Shown here: positions 29,626 through 44,136 of the stretch, in pieces
Position numbering within the stretch: the stretch's first letter is position 1
Layout of the letters: each line of letters starts with the position of its first letter
From: Chrysomallon squamiferum
Lineage: Eukaryota; Animalia; Mollusca
Direction of reading: 5' to 3'
Length of the DNA: 64,000 nucleotides
NCBI GenBank assembly: GCA_012295275.1
Contig: CM022671.1
Span: 4,464,001 to 4,528,000, forward strand
The notes under the pieces: generated by a model
Seen by the model: only the letters and a program-made list of their open reading frames with translations
Told to the model about the DNA's origin: nothing
The model's database searches: none
Program-made: the position numbers and the translations under genes

Positions 29626-32059
29626 ATATGAAAAAAACAACAAAATAATACTAATAATAAAAGAAAGAAATAAGGATTCCTTTACGCATCTGAATGTGAA
29701 ACAGTTCAAATTTAAGTCGTTGATTTTTTTGTATAGTGATTATATGAAACCAGAGACCGGCAGATGTGACTCCAAGAACTAGTTAAAAAAATTAGTAGCA
29801 ATGAAACTGTTTTTATAGAAAATGAAATTTAAGAAAAATAAATAAAATAAAATAAAATAAAATAAAATAAAATAAAATAAAAATTTAATTAAAGAAATAT
29901 TCCTTCGTTATTCGTTAATTCAGTTATTCAATTACATATTCATCCTGTCATTCTTTCGTTCATTCCTCCATTAAGTCACTGTTTCAATCATTCATTCATT
30001 GTCGTTCTTCTCTTTCCCGTGATCATTCTGTTATTTATTCATTTATTCACGCAGTCAGTGATTCAGGCAGTTTATAATTTACTCAACCATTTATCCCCCA
30101 TTCATTCATTCATTCATTCATTCATTCATTCATTTATTCATTCATTCACTGTTTCTCGTTTACTCACTTACTGTCAACACTTTCGCACTCAGCAATAAAA
30201 CAAATTATCTCAATGTTGTTATTACATTACACCATTTCCGGTATATTCCGAACTCGCCCGAAGCTGGATGCCGCGCAGGTCACGTGACGTTTCGATGATG
30301 TCTGAGGGCTTCCGAAAATGACAGCCATGACAATTAAGACGTATTCTGATGTGAAAGTGCTTTGGGGAAAAAAGCACGCCTAAGCTTAACGTAAATATAT
30401 GACGTCTCGGAAAAGTTGTTTTTTTTCCCTTCTGTTTGTGTTTTTTTTTTTTTTTTTGAGTTTATTTTAATGTTGCATAAATATCCGGAGGGGATGGATG
30501 CCCTTGTGTTTGTCCAGGAAGAAAGACGTTATTGGAAAATATATAAATAAATAAAATAAAAAAAAAAATGGAAAATGTTGCCGTAAATGGAAAATGTTGA
30601 TTTTTTGAAGATAGAATTTTTCTTTATCTTGTTTGCATGTGTTTCTTTCTTTCTTTCCATCTCTGATTTTTTGTTTCATTTATATAACTTTCTCATTCTT
30701 TTTTTTTTTTTTTCTTTCTTTCTTTCTTTTTAACTTTATTTGTTTGTTTGTTTGTTTGTTTGTTTGTTTCTTTCTTTCCATCTCTCTCTCGTTCTTGATT
30801 TCACTAACTGTCTCTCTTTGTTTCTCATTCTCTCTTTCTTTTTATCATTATTTCACTTTCTCTCTTTCTCTTCATTTGTGTATTCTTGTCTATGATTGTT
30901 TCTCTGTGTTTTAATGTCTAAGCTAGAAAAAAAAAAACATTATATGTAGACGTGTGAACAAGAGCGAGAGAATGATAGAGAAAGATAAAGTAAGAAAAAA
31001 AACAAAAAGTCACATAGACTTGCTTTAACTTACGTCTGATAACAGGTAACAAATATTTTTGAAACCTTTTATATAGCGTTAAGTGATTACAGTATTTTTT
31101 TCAGAAACTGAATTTTGTTTTAATAATACTTATAAATTTAATCTACCCTTCTTGACCGTATTTTCTTCCTATCTTTTTAGCCTTATAAATAATTACTCCT
31201 TTTTAATCTCTACTGAATGCTTGATAAAATGATATTTAAATACAAAAGGGGATAAATTTATTTCAAATAATGTATTAGGAACCTAATTTTATGAAACAGA
31301 CGAGACAAACACACCCAGTTCTGTTGAGAATATATTTATTCCTGTACAACCATCTTCCCTATTTAATCCATTTTTATTCAAATAATTACGGTCACATAAC
31401 TAACTCCTGAGGTCAAACAGACGTCACACCTCAGAATTAACATGTCCTATGGGTTTTAGTTAGCCACCCCCACCCCATTTAATAATCTCATAAAATTCAG
31501 GGACAGTAAAAACTTCCACCCCTCTTAAAACTACCCTGATTTCGGGGACGGAAACATACGAACGAACGCCTTCCGACTGCTTAGTGTACTTTAGCTTACC
31601 TTGTATATTTACCTACGTACTAATCAATATTAATTTGTACGTGTAGGGTTTCCAATCTCTGGTGACGATGTTGACACAACCACCGTCTTCGTGTCCAATC
31701 CCACGTCGCCGATCATGGTTTTCTGCTGCCAGGTCATTGAACTCGGATAAGAAAAAAAAAAAAAAAAAAAAAAATAGTTCGATCACCATGGCAACCGAGG
31801 AATAATAAGAATTGTTTTTCTGAAGTCGTCATTCATATCAGCACTTCTGGGATTTTAATGATTAAAAAATGAATGAATGAGTTTCACGTTGCTTTTGTTT
31901 TTTTTTTTTGTTTTTTTTTTTTTTTTTGTGAGTTTTGTTTTCGTCAGATAACAAATATTCATTCAGCAGTTAGTTACATGTGCTTGTGTGTGCGTATGTA
32001 CGTATTTATGTGTTTGTTAAACGTTAATTTATGTACGTACGTACGTACGTATGTATTTG

Positions 32060-32063
32060 TGTG

Positions 32064-32122
<59 letters not shown>

Positions 32123-32170
32123 GTGTTTTATATATATATATGTATATGTGTCTGTGAAAGTGTGTGTGTA

Positions 32171-32223
<53 letters not shown>

Positions 32224-32271
32224 GTGTTTTATATATATATATGTATATGTGTCTGTGAAAGTGTGTGTGTA

Positions 32272-32335
<64 letters not shown>

Positions 32336-32391
32336 TGTATGTGTTTTATATATATATATATGTATATGTGTCTGTGAAAGTGTGTGTGTAA

Positions 32392-32426
<35 letters not shown>

Positions 32427-32430
32427 TATA
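32060..32430 (+). repeat. three-copy compound tandem repeat (~100-120 bp units)
   Basis: GTGTTTTA(TA)nTGTATATGTGTCTGTGAAAGTGTGTGTGTA at ~32123, ~32224 and ~32341. Confidence 0.9.
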
Positions 32431-32929
32431 TATAATGTTTGTACATGTAAATGAGAACAGATAATTAATTGAATGCTGACAATAAATCAATGTAACGCTA
32501 TACATTTGTCACTGTGTGTATATAATTACACTGAGGTGAGTACGTTTAGCAGATAAAATATTTCAATTATTAAACATCTGAAGCACGTGCCGTTTCGCAC
32601 GCGCGTTTGTTCGTCTGCTGTGCCTCTGTATGAATTATTCATCTTTTGAAATCGTCTAATCGTAAATAATAAATCATAAAAAGATACTTCGACAATAAAC
32701 AGTCGATTAACGTGTAACTTAACACGTTCGGTTTAAAACGAGAGCAGTGAAAAATGACAAATGTAGATATTTGTTTACCACGTTGCACCTGTGTCACCGA
32801 TGTTGCTGTTGTTAATGCTACCACTACTGTCACTACTACATAATTTATGTTTATTACCACAACGGTAGCAACTGCACTAATATTAGGTCACTTCTATAAT
32901 ATCACTGCCATCACAACCATCAAGAACAA

Positions 32930-33323
32930 TAATAACTATTACTACTGTTGTTAGTATTACTACTACTACTACTACAACTACTAATATTACAGCTGTTACT
33001 ACAACAACAACAACAGCAGCAGCAATAAATATTACTACTACTATTACTACTGCTGTTACTGCTACTACTGCTACATTTCCACTACTACTACTACTAGCAA
33101 TAGTAGTACTAGGTACTACTATTGCTACTAAAACTACTACACTACAACTACTACTACTACTACCATGAAACGACTATTAGTACGAATAATAGTACTTCCA
33201 CTACTACCTCTACAACTGGTGTTACTACTACTACTGATCTGCTGCTGCTACTACAACGACATCTGCTAGTACTATTGCTAATACTACTATTAATACTCCT
33301 ATTGCTACTATCGCTACTATTAT

Positions 33324-33360
<37 letters not shown>

Positions 33361-34085
33361 GTTACGATAATTATTGCTGCTTTTACGACTACTACCACTT
33401 CTACTACTACCACTACTACTACTATAACTATTACAACTACAACTTTTATTATTATGACACAGTTACTACCACTGCTACAGCAACTACTATTATTACAGTC
33501 ATTTCAACCAGAAATAGAAACAAAATAAAATAAAACAAAATAAATAAATAAATAAGGAAAAAAGGAAAGTATATTAATAAACAGCGTTGTTGCAATATCT
33601 GCTGTAATGTCGAAACATTTTCATCAATATTTTCTACTTTTCCGCTTTCGCAATTGTTTCACTAAACTCCAGAGAATGTACAAAACATACATAATTAATA
33701 GATTTTTTATTAAAACAAAAAACGAAAAAAACAACAAAAACCCCATTAACAACAACAACAAATAAATAAAAGCAATCCAGTAATATTAATAAGTTGTAGT
33801 AGCTGTAGGAGTAGACGTAATAGTAATAATAATAACAATAGTAGTAAGTAATATTACTACTAATAATAGTAATAGTAATAATAGTACTGACGGTAACAGC
33901 AAAAATAGTAATGGCAATAGTACCCATAGTAATAGCAAAATTAGTAATAGTAATAGTAGTACTAACAGCACAAATGTGGTAATAATAGTAGAAGTAATAG
34001 GCATAATAGTATTAGTACGAGGCATAATAGTAGAAATTATAGTACTAGCACTAGTAGTAGTAGTTGTAGTAGACATAGTAGTAAT
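32930..34085. repeat. degenerate (TAC)n tract followed by a (TAG/TAA)n tract
   Basis: TAC-rich at 32930-33500 and TAG-rich at 33790-34085. Confidence 0.85.
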
Positions 34086-36426
34086 TGTATAATAATATGC
34101 ATTAGGCATCTGATAGCCTAAACCCCGTATATAATTATTACGTTAGCTCCTATATATATATATATGTGTGTGTGTGTATATATATATATATATTATAATA
34201 TTTGATTTGATCTGTTTCAAATTATGCTGAATGTAGAATTAAAATGTTTGTACGCCATCAAGAATGATTTTTATAATTTTGTACCGGATGTTCTGACTTT
34301 TTATTTTATTATTTTTCTTTCTTTTTTTTTTCTTTCTTATCTTATGTTCCTTCTTCCTCTTTATTTAAAACAGGTAGGTAGATATATGCAGATAAACAGG
34401 TAGACGGGTAGATAGACAGGTAGAAAGAAAAACAGATGTCTAATAGATAAAGACAGTAATAATAATAATAACGATAAAAAAAAAGTCATGATTATGATGA
34501 TGATGATGATGATGATTATTATTATTATAATGATAATATAATAATGAAAAAAGAAAAAAGTGAATTTAAGAAATGAAAACATCGTAAAGGTCTCTTCGTA
34601 ACAGTAAATATTAGTATTAAATAAATAAACAGGAGAAACAGCTAAATAAATAAAATAATGTAACTGAAAAAAGTACTGAGTAGTTTTAGAAAATGAATTC
34701 AGCATGTTTTGTTGGATTGTTTTTGGTTTTTGTTTTGAGTTTTGCTCTTTATTTTTTTGCGGTTTCTCTTTGTTTTTTCTTCTTTTCTTGTTGTTTTTAT
34801 TTATTTATTTATTTATTTATTTTATTTTATTTTATTTTATTTTATTTTATTTTTTTTTATTTTTTTTTTGTGTGGGGTTATTTGAGAAAACGTTTGTGTA
34901 CCATAGAAGCTTATACATTTGTACATTTATTAATTAAATATATATATTTATAAATGTAATATATATAAATATATATATATATATATAATATATAATAATA
35001 TAATAATAATAATAATAATAATTACAATAATAATAATAATAATAAATTAATAATAATAAAAGAAAAGAAAAACAAAACAATACAAAAACAAACACTGTTT
35101 TGTCAATGTTGTTTCAGGTATTTTTAAGTGTAAAATATTAATTTGTTTCTCTGTCGAAACCCAAACAGCGGAAATAATCCACATTAGTCTTTTCTCTTCG
35201 TAAAGTGCATTTTAAATAATATATTAGCTTTTAAGATGTTGTGTACTTTACCTTTCAGTTTGTTTGTTGATTATTTACTTCCTGTTTTATTTTTAAACCA
35301 ATATTTAATGATATGACACTCATTTTTAATTATTCCGTTCTTACTAGTACCACCACTATTGCTTCGACTTCTAGTACTACTATTACTCTTATTACTACTA
35401 CTACTACTACTGCTACTACTTTTGAACCACTATTAGTAAAGCTAGTTATACCACTGCTACTGTACTACTACTAGTGCTTAACCATTACTAATACTAGTAA
35501 TACTACTATTTCTACTATAACAATTACTAATAGCACTGCTATTTACACTAATACTACTGCTACTAATAATAATACTAATACGAGAACCACATCAACTTTT
35601 ATCAACTATAATAATAATAATAACAAAATAATAACAAAATAAAATAAAATAAAATAAAATAAAATAAGATTAATATAAATAAAAAAAAATTAAAAACAAA
35701 AATAATGATAACAATAAATAAACGAATTCAGTTTCAATTTACGATGCCAATAAAAAAAGATAATGCGTTTAATTCTATTTTTAGAAACGTAGGGAAACCA
35801 CATTACGTAAAATATCTTCGAGCCAATCGGTGTCTTCGTCTTAGATTACACCATAGGAAGACTTGTGCTACCAGCCCGGGAAACCCCTTACTGTCGTCTG
35901 CTAATAACAAGAGTTTACAAATTCATGAAATAAACAGCTGGAGAATTTTCTGAATAACCTTCTTGCTGTGAGTACAATGACTGTGGCTAATATCGACAAC
36001 TGAGTTATTTATGAGATATCTGCTGGAAATATTTCTCAGACTTTGTCGTAAAATAAATAATTTGTGTGTCACAGCAGCCATCAAAACTGCACTTTTAATA
36101 CTCTTCGTAAACAGTAACAAGCCATCCCCAGAGCGCAGGAAGAAGCTGGTACTGTTTGGTTTTATTTATTTATTTATTTATTTTATTTTCTATAAGTTTT
36201 TCCCTTCACGGCTTCATTTAGATAAAGCGAGGTCCCAAATAGGTAAAGTAATAGAGGCCCTATTAGGGTAATGTGAAGAGAAAATAGTTCTGGGTAACTA
36301 AAAAATAAAAAATAAAACATAAATAAAAATAATAATAATAATAAAAAATAATAATATTTTTTTTTTATTTTTAAATTAAAAAGTTAATAAAAAATGAATA
36401 AATAATAAAATAAATAAATGAAAGAA

Positions 36427-36482
<56 letters not shown>

Positions 36483-38317
36483 CCTTTAGAATGAATCTGT
36501 ATTATTTTTATTTAAAAGTTAAACAAGCACATACATGACGGTATCAGTATTTTAGATAACATTTTGAAACAATAAAGGAAGAGTAAAGATATATTATGTA
36601 GTTTGTCAGTTACCGATAAGAACTGAAAAGAGGACGAGATCTGTGCACCTACTGGTGATTTAACCACAGTGCTACCGAAATTAGTCACCAGTTGTTGACT
36701 ATAGATTATGTCTTGATGTTTTCTGATATGTATATGTGTGTATGTATGTGTATATGTTTATGTTTGTATGTGTATATGTGTGTGTATGAAATAGATAGAA
36801 ACTCAAAAAAATTATACTCAATGCATGTATGTATATTTGTCTATGTGCATATATGTAAAGGTACATGTCTACATATGTATGTTTATGTATGTATATATTT
36901 ATTTTAAAAAGTTTAAAAATTATTATTTGACTCTGATTCGTAAAAAAAAGAAGAAGAAGAAAAGAAAAGAAATATGTAGGCCTATACAGCGAAGAGTCAA
37001 TAAGTCGTCGAGAGAAACACAGAAAAACAAAACAAAATGGAGTCCCAAAGGAGCCTCATTGCCTGCCGGCTGAGTTTATCCGGCTTGCATAACGAGGGCA
37101 TGGCTTCACAGGAAGTTTAGCCCGAAGCTCCAATGATCTCGATTTATTCCGCGCGTCTGATTAAGCAAATTTTTCTTGGCATAAGTTCAGTGGCAAAGAA
37201 ACTGAAGTCTTAACTTGACCGAGAGCTTTGGAACGATGCCAAGCTTCTGTCGATAACAGAACCGGCGAGATTACGAAGCGCGATCGAGCTGAATGCAGAT
37301 TCTTTTTTTTTTTTTTCTCTCCTAAATTGCTGAAGGTGGCGACGTCCATGAAAGCACGCCAGTGAAAATGTCTTTTGTAAGCTGTGGTAAAGTAGGTTGT
37401 ATCCGTAGCGTGTTAAATAACTCGACAAAAGACTCGCGGTTTCTCAGACCGCATGTGGTGGATTTTCGGTGCTAACTACCGCAAAGAACCATTCACGACG
37501 TAATTTCGAATTTTGTGAATGTCGCTTTTGTTGTGAAATATATAATTAATCATGGACGTAGGTCCACTGTCAGAAAAAGGCTGTAATAAATAAATAAATA
37601 AGTAAATAAATAAATAAATAAAAATATGAAAATATATAAAAATATAAAAAACATAAGTAAATAAATATGTAGATTATATGCGATGTATAAAACAGCTTGC
37701 GGATAGATGATGGACAGATCCACACAGACATAAAGACAGATAGCGGATAAATGGACAGACAAACAGACTAAAGTAAATCAAAGGATTTAAGAACACTAAT
37801 AACAAGAAACCGCTTCATCCGAATAAAATGAGTTTCTTGGTGAATTAGGGCAAGGGGTAAAAACAGTCAGGGACAGAAGTAAAAAAAAAAAAAAAAAAAA
37901 AAAAATACGCGTTGAATGGCTGTGACAGCAGTCATAAATCTTCTGCGCTAAATTTTCATATCGAATTACAAATAAACATTGAATTAAAGAGGTTAAAATA
38001 ATATGCACATGTAAAACGATTTGTAGAGTTAATTTTACAAACAGCTCTTAGAGAGAGAGAGAGAGAGAGAGAGAGAGCTAACTAATAGATAGGTAAAGAA
38101 AGAAAGAAAATAAATGAAATGACTGACAGACAGACCGACTAATGGACGATATTTTTGGATGGACAGATTTATAGATAGATAGAGAGAAAGGCAATTACAG
38201 TATATTGTAGATATATAAATAGATGTATGGATGTAAAACAATGGATAATGATAAGATTTAAATTAATGATGTCTTTCTGTCCCTCTCTTTCTGTCTCACT
38301 CCCTCTTACCTCATCTT

Positions 38318-38435
<118 letters not shown>

Positions 38436-38898
38436 CTCACTCCTCACGTTTCCTTCATCCCTCCACCACTTCCCCTCTCAGCCTCTCCCCTACTCATCCC
38501 ACCCACCTCTCTCTCACTCCTCCTCCCATCCCTTCCTAACCACACCTATATAATTACTGTCGAACAATGACGACAAAAACAAAACAAAATAAAACACAAA
38601 GAAAAAAACATTTAATTACGAAATATATTAATAATATCAGTAAATAAGATGTACGAAATTATGTGACACCACAGAGTCGTAATAGTTACGTAACAAGCAG
38701 GTGGTTAGGTACACAGGTAGATGTCAGTGTGATTATAAACATTTTCTCTCATAAATATCTCAAGGCAGTTCGCGTGAAATGACGAAATACGTAAGTAAGA
38801 AAGTAAATAAATAAATAAATAATAAATAAAATGAATAAAATAAAATAAATAAATAAATAAATAAATAAATAAATGAATAAAATAAATGAATATATCAA

Positions 38899-38933
<35 letters not shown>

Positions 38934-38949
38934 AATAAATAAAATAAAA

Positions 38950-38984
<35 letters not shown>

Positions 38985-39087
38985 AATAAAATAAAATAAT
39001 AAATAAATAAATAATGTACTATCACTACTTTTGCCTATCACTTTATTGGACATCACACACAGGTTCTGTTTTAAACAAACCTCTACC

Positions 39088-39355
39088 ACGAATCGAACTC
39101 GGCACATAACAGATGGGACTTAACCAGCTGCACGAAAAAGGCTGCTGGTTAAAAAACGATCATAACTGTTAGGAGGGAACCGAACTGGGCACTTACCAGT
39201 TTCAAATATAACTGCTAACCATTGCATCAACAAAAACTTGTTAAAAACACTGTTAACTGTTAGGTGGCATTCGAGGGGAATCGAACCCGGTACGTAACAA
39301 TTTCAGATTATGAGGTTTAACCACTGCACTATCAAAAGTGCAATGGTTAAAACAC
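39088..39355 (-). mobile_element. three tandem degenerate tRNA-derived (SINE-head-like) units
   Basis: The minus strand of the best unit reads GATAGTGCAGTGGTTAAA...CGTACCGGGTTCGATTCCCC (Pol III A box and B box). B-box-like AATCGAAC/AACCGAAC recurs at 39091, 39178 and 39279. Confidence 0.55.
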
Positions 39356-39705
39356 GCCAGTCCATTTGTCTCTGAACGCATTGCTAACATGCTTGGAACT
39401 ATGGATCTTTCCCGTCACGCCCCACTGAACAAAGTGGGACACGCTTCAGCGAATCTACACTGTCGCACAATGACAAAGCAGTCGTGACAGATTAATCACA
39501 TGACCACGCAGCGCGTGAATGATGCAGAAGTATTGCGCAATATCGGCACGACGAGACAATGCTTCCTTTAGTGGTAAACGATCTTTTTCTTTTTTCATTC
39601 ATTTATTTATTATTTTATTTTATTTTATTTTATTTTATTTTATTTTATTTATTTTTTTATTTATTATTTATTTTTTTTTTGAGAATGAAAGAAAACAAGA
39701 ACAAA

Positions 39706-39738
<33 letters not shown>

Positions 39739-40260
39739 TTTCAATTAAAAGTTGCTACCACTACTACTACAGATTATCCTACTACTACTACTATACTACT
39801 ACTACTACTACTACTTCTGCTGTTACTACTACTACTATTACTAATACTTACAACTAATTCTGCTGTTGCTACTGCTATTATTATATAACTATCGTTCATT
39901 TAATATTACTTTTTTTATTTTTTTTATTTTATTTTAATGACAAGTTTTATTATCACCAGCATCAGTATTTATAATAATAATAATCAAACGCATATATATA
40001 TATTTTTATTTTTTTTAATTTTCCCCCCAAAAACCACGTTAATCTTTCTGTTTTGGGCTGTCAAAACCTGAAATCATCCAAGGGCGGGCACCGGATTCTT
40101 TACAGTGGGGAACGTTAATGTACAAAAAGCTGTCAATCCTTAAAAAAACAAAAAAACAAAAAGTCAATGAAGATGGAGGCGTTATTGAACATTTGATGAA
40201 TAAAAATACAAAAAGAAACGAATCGAGTTGCTTAATGTTATATATTTTTGTACTGAGTGA

Positions 40261-40760
<500 letters not shown>

Positions 40761-40922
40761 GACAAAATAATATCAACAAGAAACACAACAACAACAACAA
40801 CAGCAATATAACAACATTATTATCACTATTACTATAGTTGTTATTGTAATTTTTATTATTATTATTATTATTAGTAGTATTAGTATTAGTATTAGTATTA
40901 GTATTAGTATTAGTATTAGTAT

Positions 40923-40954
<32 letters not shown>

Positions 40955-41635
40955 TTTATTTTATTATTATCCAGAAAACTCACCCCCTAACTGCCTATGG
41001 ATCCGCACCTTACATTTAAGGACACAAACTTCTCTGCAGCTCTAGGTTTTGTAAATAAGCGGCAGGCAAACAGCGCCAATGTACCGTAATCATTTTTTCA
41101 CCTGTCAGTCTCGATAGATTGAATTGGTTACATCCGGAGTTCAAGTTTCCAAACTACGAGGTCAGTGTAAGGTGCTTTTGACACGAAATGTTCCCGATAC
41201 GATATCGTTTTCATGGGGCAAAAAAAAAAAAAAAATCGGAAACGAAATTCATGATGAGAATATTTATAAATATATAAATAAGGCTGCTTGTGAGTTTATT
41301 AAAGTGTTCCTGCGATTTTTAGCGAATGAAGAAAATGAAGGTGTGATTTAACAGAATAAATGTACTGTAAAAAAAAAAAAATAATAATAATAATCACTCG
41401 GTACATTCATTTTACAAAAAAAAAAAAATATAAAAAATATAAAAAAAAAATGAATATACTTCTAAAGAGCCAAACTAAAGAGAGAAAAACAACATGAAAA
41501 TCAGTGAAAGAAAAAAAAAAATAAAAAAAACAAATATTCATGAAAATCAGATTTTAATCTTGAAAATGTTAATTCAAATTCTAAATAAACAAAAAACAAT
41601 TAAAAAACAAACATTCGAAAACAAATATATTCTTC

Positions 41636-42480
41636 ATATATATGTACAGGATACTGGATTTAAACAATCATATGTACAGGATAATTTAAACAATCATATG
41701 TACAATACTGGATTTAAACAATCATACGTCCAGGATAATTTAAATAATCAAATAATTTAAAACAATCATAAAGGATACTTAAAAAATCATATGTACAGGA
41801 TACTGTATTTAAACAAACATATATATACAGTATACTGGATTTAAACAAACATATATATGTACAGGATACTTATTTAAACAATCATATGTACAGGATACTG
41901 GATTTAAACAAACATATATACAGGATACTGGATTTAAACAAACATATGTACAGGATACTGGATTTAAACAAACATATGTACAGGATACTGGATTTAAACA
42001 ATCATACATCCAGGATACTGTATTTAAACAAACATATGTACAGGAGGATACTGGATTTAAACAAACATATATATACAGTATACTGGATTTAAACAAACAT
42101 ATGTACAGGAGGATACTGGATTTAAACAAACATATATATACAGTATACTGGATTTAAACAAACATATATACAGGATACTGGATTTAAACAAACATATGTA
42201 CAGGAGGATACTGGATTTAAACAAACATATGTACAGGATACTGTATTTAAACAAACATATATATACAGTATACTGGATTTAAACAAACATATATACAGGA
42301 TACTGGATTTAAACAAACATATATACAGGATACTGGATTTAAACAAACATATGTACAGGATACTGGATTTAAACAAACATATGTACAGGATACTGGATTT
42401 AAAGAAACATATGTACAGTATACTGGATTTAAACAAACATATACTGGATTTAAACAAACATATACTGGATTTAAACATAC
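41636..42480 (+). repeat. 30-bp minisatellite (CATATGTACAGGATACTGGATTTAAACAAA), roughly 27-30 units
   Basis: The tandem unit is directly visible. There are 32- and 33-bp variants in the middle and truncated units at both ends. Confidence 0.95.
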
Positions 42481-43079
42481 AGAGCATTCAATTTAAACAC
42501 AAACGTGTACACAGCATTCGAATTAAACATAGTAAAATAGCGAACACCGAACTTAACGTAAGTGCAATTTAACGAAAGTACGTTCGTTATACAACACTCG
42601 TTTTAACGATACTAGTGCAGCTGTTGATAACATTTAACATGCAGGTCACATTCACTTCAATTCGCATACATTTATCTAAACGCTCGCTTCAACCAACTGA
42701 ATGCATCGTTGTTGTGTAATCTGCGATAAGTCAAAGTTCACGGTCAGCTGAACCGATAGTCTAATCGTTGACTCGCTACACACTCGGGATGTTGTTTGTG
42801 TAAGCAGCAAACACAGGACTCTGACAATGTGGCTATTTAGAGAAGGGCAAAGTTTACGATTCAGATATTTTGATACGCTATCAGTTCTGGTTGGTGGACT
42901 AAGCGAGTGTTTGAGATAATCAGAACATTTTTTTTTTCTTCACCTCCTCCCTCCCCCCCGTTTTTCGTTGATTCCAGCTGAGGAGATGTATTGTAAATTA
43001 GAAGAAGAAGAAAAAAAAAAAAAAAAAAAAAAAAATGTTAGTAATGAATGGATTTTTGTTTAAAGATTCCTCTGTCTGT

Positions 43080-43089
43080 GAGTGTGCTA

Positions 43090-43136
<47 letters not shown>

Positions 43137-43297
43137 GTGTGTGTTTGTATGTGTGTATGAATGTATTTGTATGTATATGTATGTATGTATGTATATGTAT
43201 GTATGTGAGTGTTTGTGTATGTATGTATGTGTGTATGTGTGTTTATATGTGTGTGTATGTATGCATGTGTGTATGTATGTATGTATGTATGTCTGTA

Positions 43298-43328
<31 letters not shown>

Positions 43329-43367
43329 ATGTGTGTGTGTATGTGTATTTCTGTACGTATGTATGTA
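43080..43367 (+). repeat. (GT)n/(GTAT)n compound microsatellite
   Basis: Directly visible. Confidence 0.92.
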
Positions 43368-44099
43368 TTTCTTGGAAGTGAATATTCTCTGTCTTATGTA
43401 CGTCTGATTAGACTCTGCACACAGACAAAATTCAGGAACCCACTGGCGCAGGAGAACAAAGTCCAATCACATCCTTACAAACAGTTTAAACAGTTACACT
43501 ACATCCAGCTCAAATCTTTTATCAAAATTCAATTTCAAAATAGAAACTTTGAACGACGTCCGGCTTTAATACATCCACTTTAAGCGGGTGTAAACCACTA
43601 CTTGACAGACGTACACCCACAACCACACTTCAGACAAATTCTGAACGTTCTTCACTCCATTTTACACCTTGCACCAAAAAAACCCACTCTCTGTCCTTCT
43701 TCATATGTAACTGTAATGTATGAAAGACACACTGCCCTAGATTTAATCGCTAGACTCTTTAGTTCGATGGGAAACCTTTTGAACATTTAAAATAAAAATT
43801 GGTTTCGTCTACCGAGATGAGGTTGAAATATCGAGATGGAATAACGTTGTTTTTTTCTCTTTTTTCTTTTTTTTTTTTTTTTTTTTTTCCTTGGGAGTTA
43901 AATAAATTGACTTCGATCAGTTTGGTCGGCTACAGCAAAGCTTCATTTCAATTTCTTACATGATTACTTTGATGCCGGGATCAGCTAACATTTTTTTTTT
44001 TTTTTTTTTTTTTTTTCTGAAAGATTTCTCAGACATTTTCTTTATTGGTTGGAGTCTACAAGGTCAAAGAACTCGGTCAAGGTCTGGGAGAAAAATATT

Positions 44100-44136
<37 letters not shown>

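Noticed and set aside
39265-39335. Functional tRNA gene
   Set aside because: A and B boxes are present, but I could not build a convincing acceptor stem or anticodon stem. It is better explained as a SINE head.
41636-42480. CRISPR array or repeat protein (RILDLNKHMY ORFs)
   Set aside because: The units are head-to-tail with no unique spacers, and frames break at the 32-bp variants, so this is a minisatellite.
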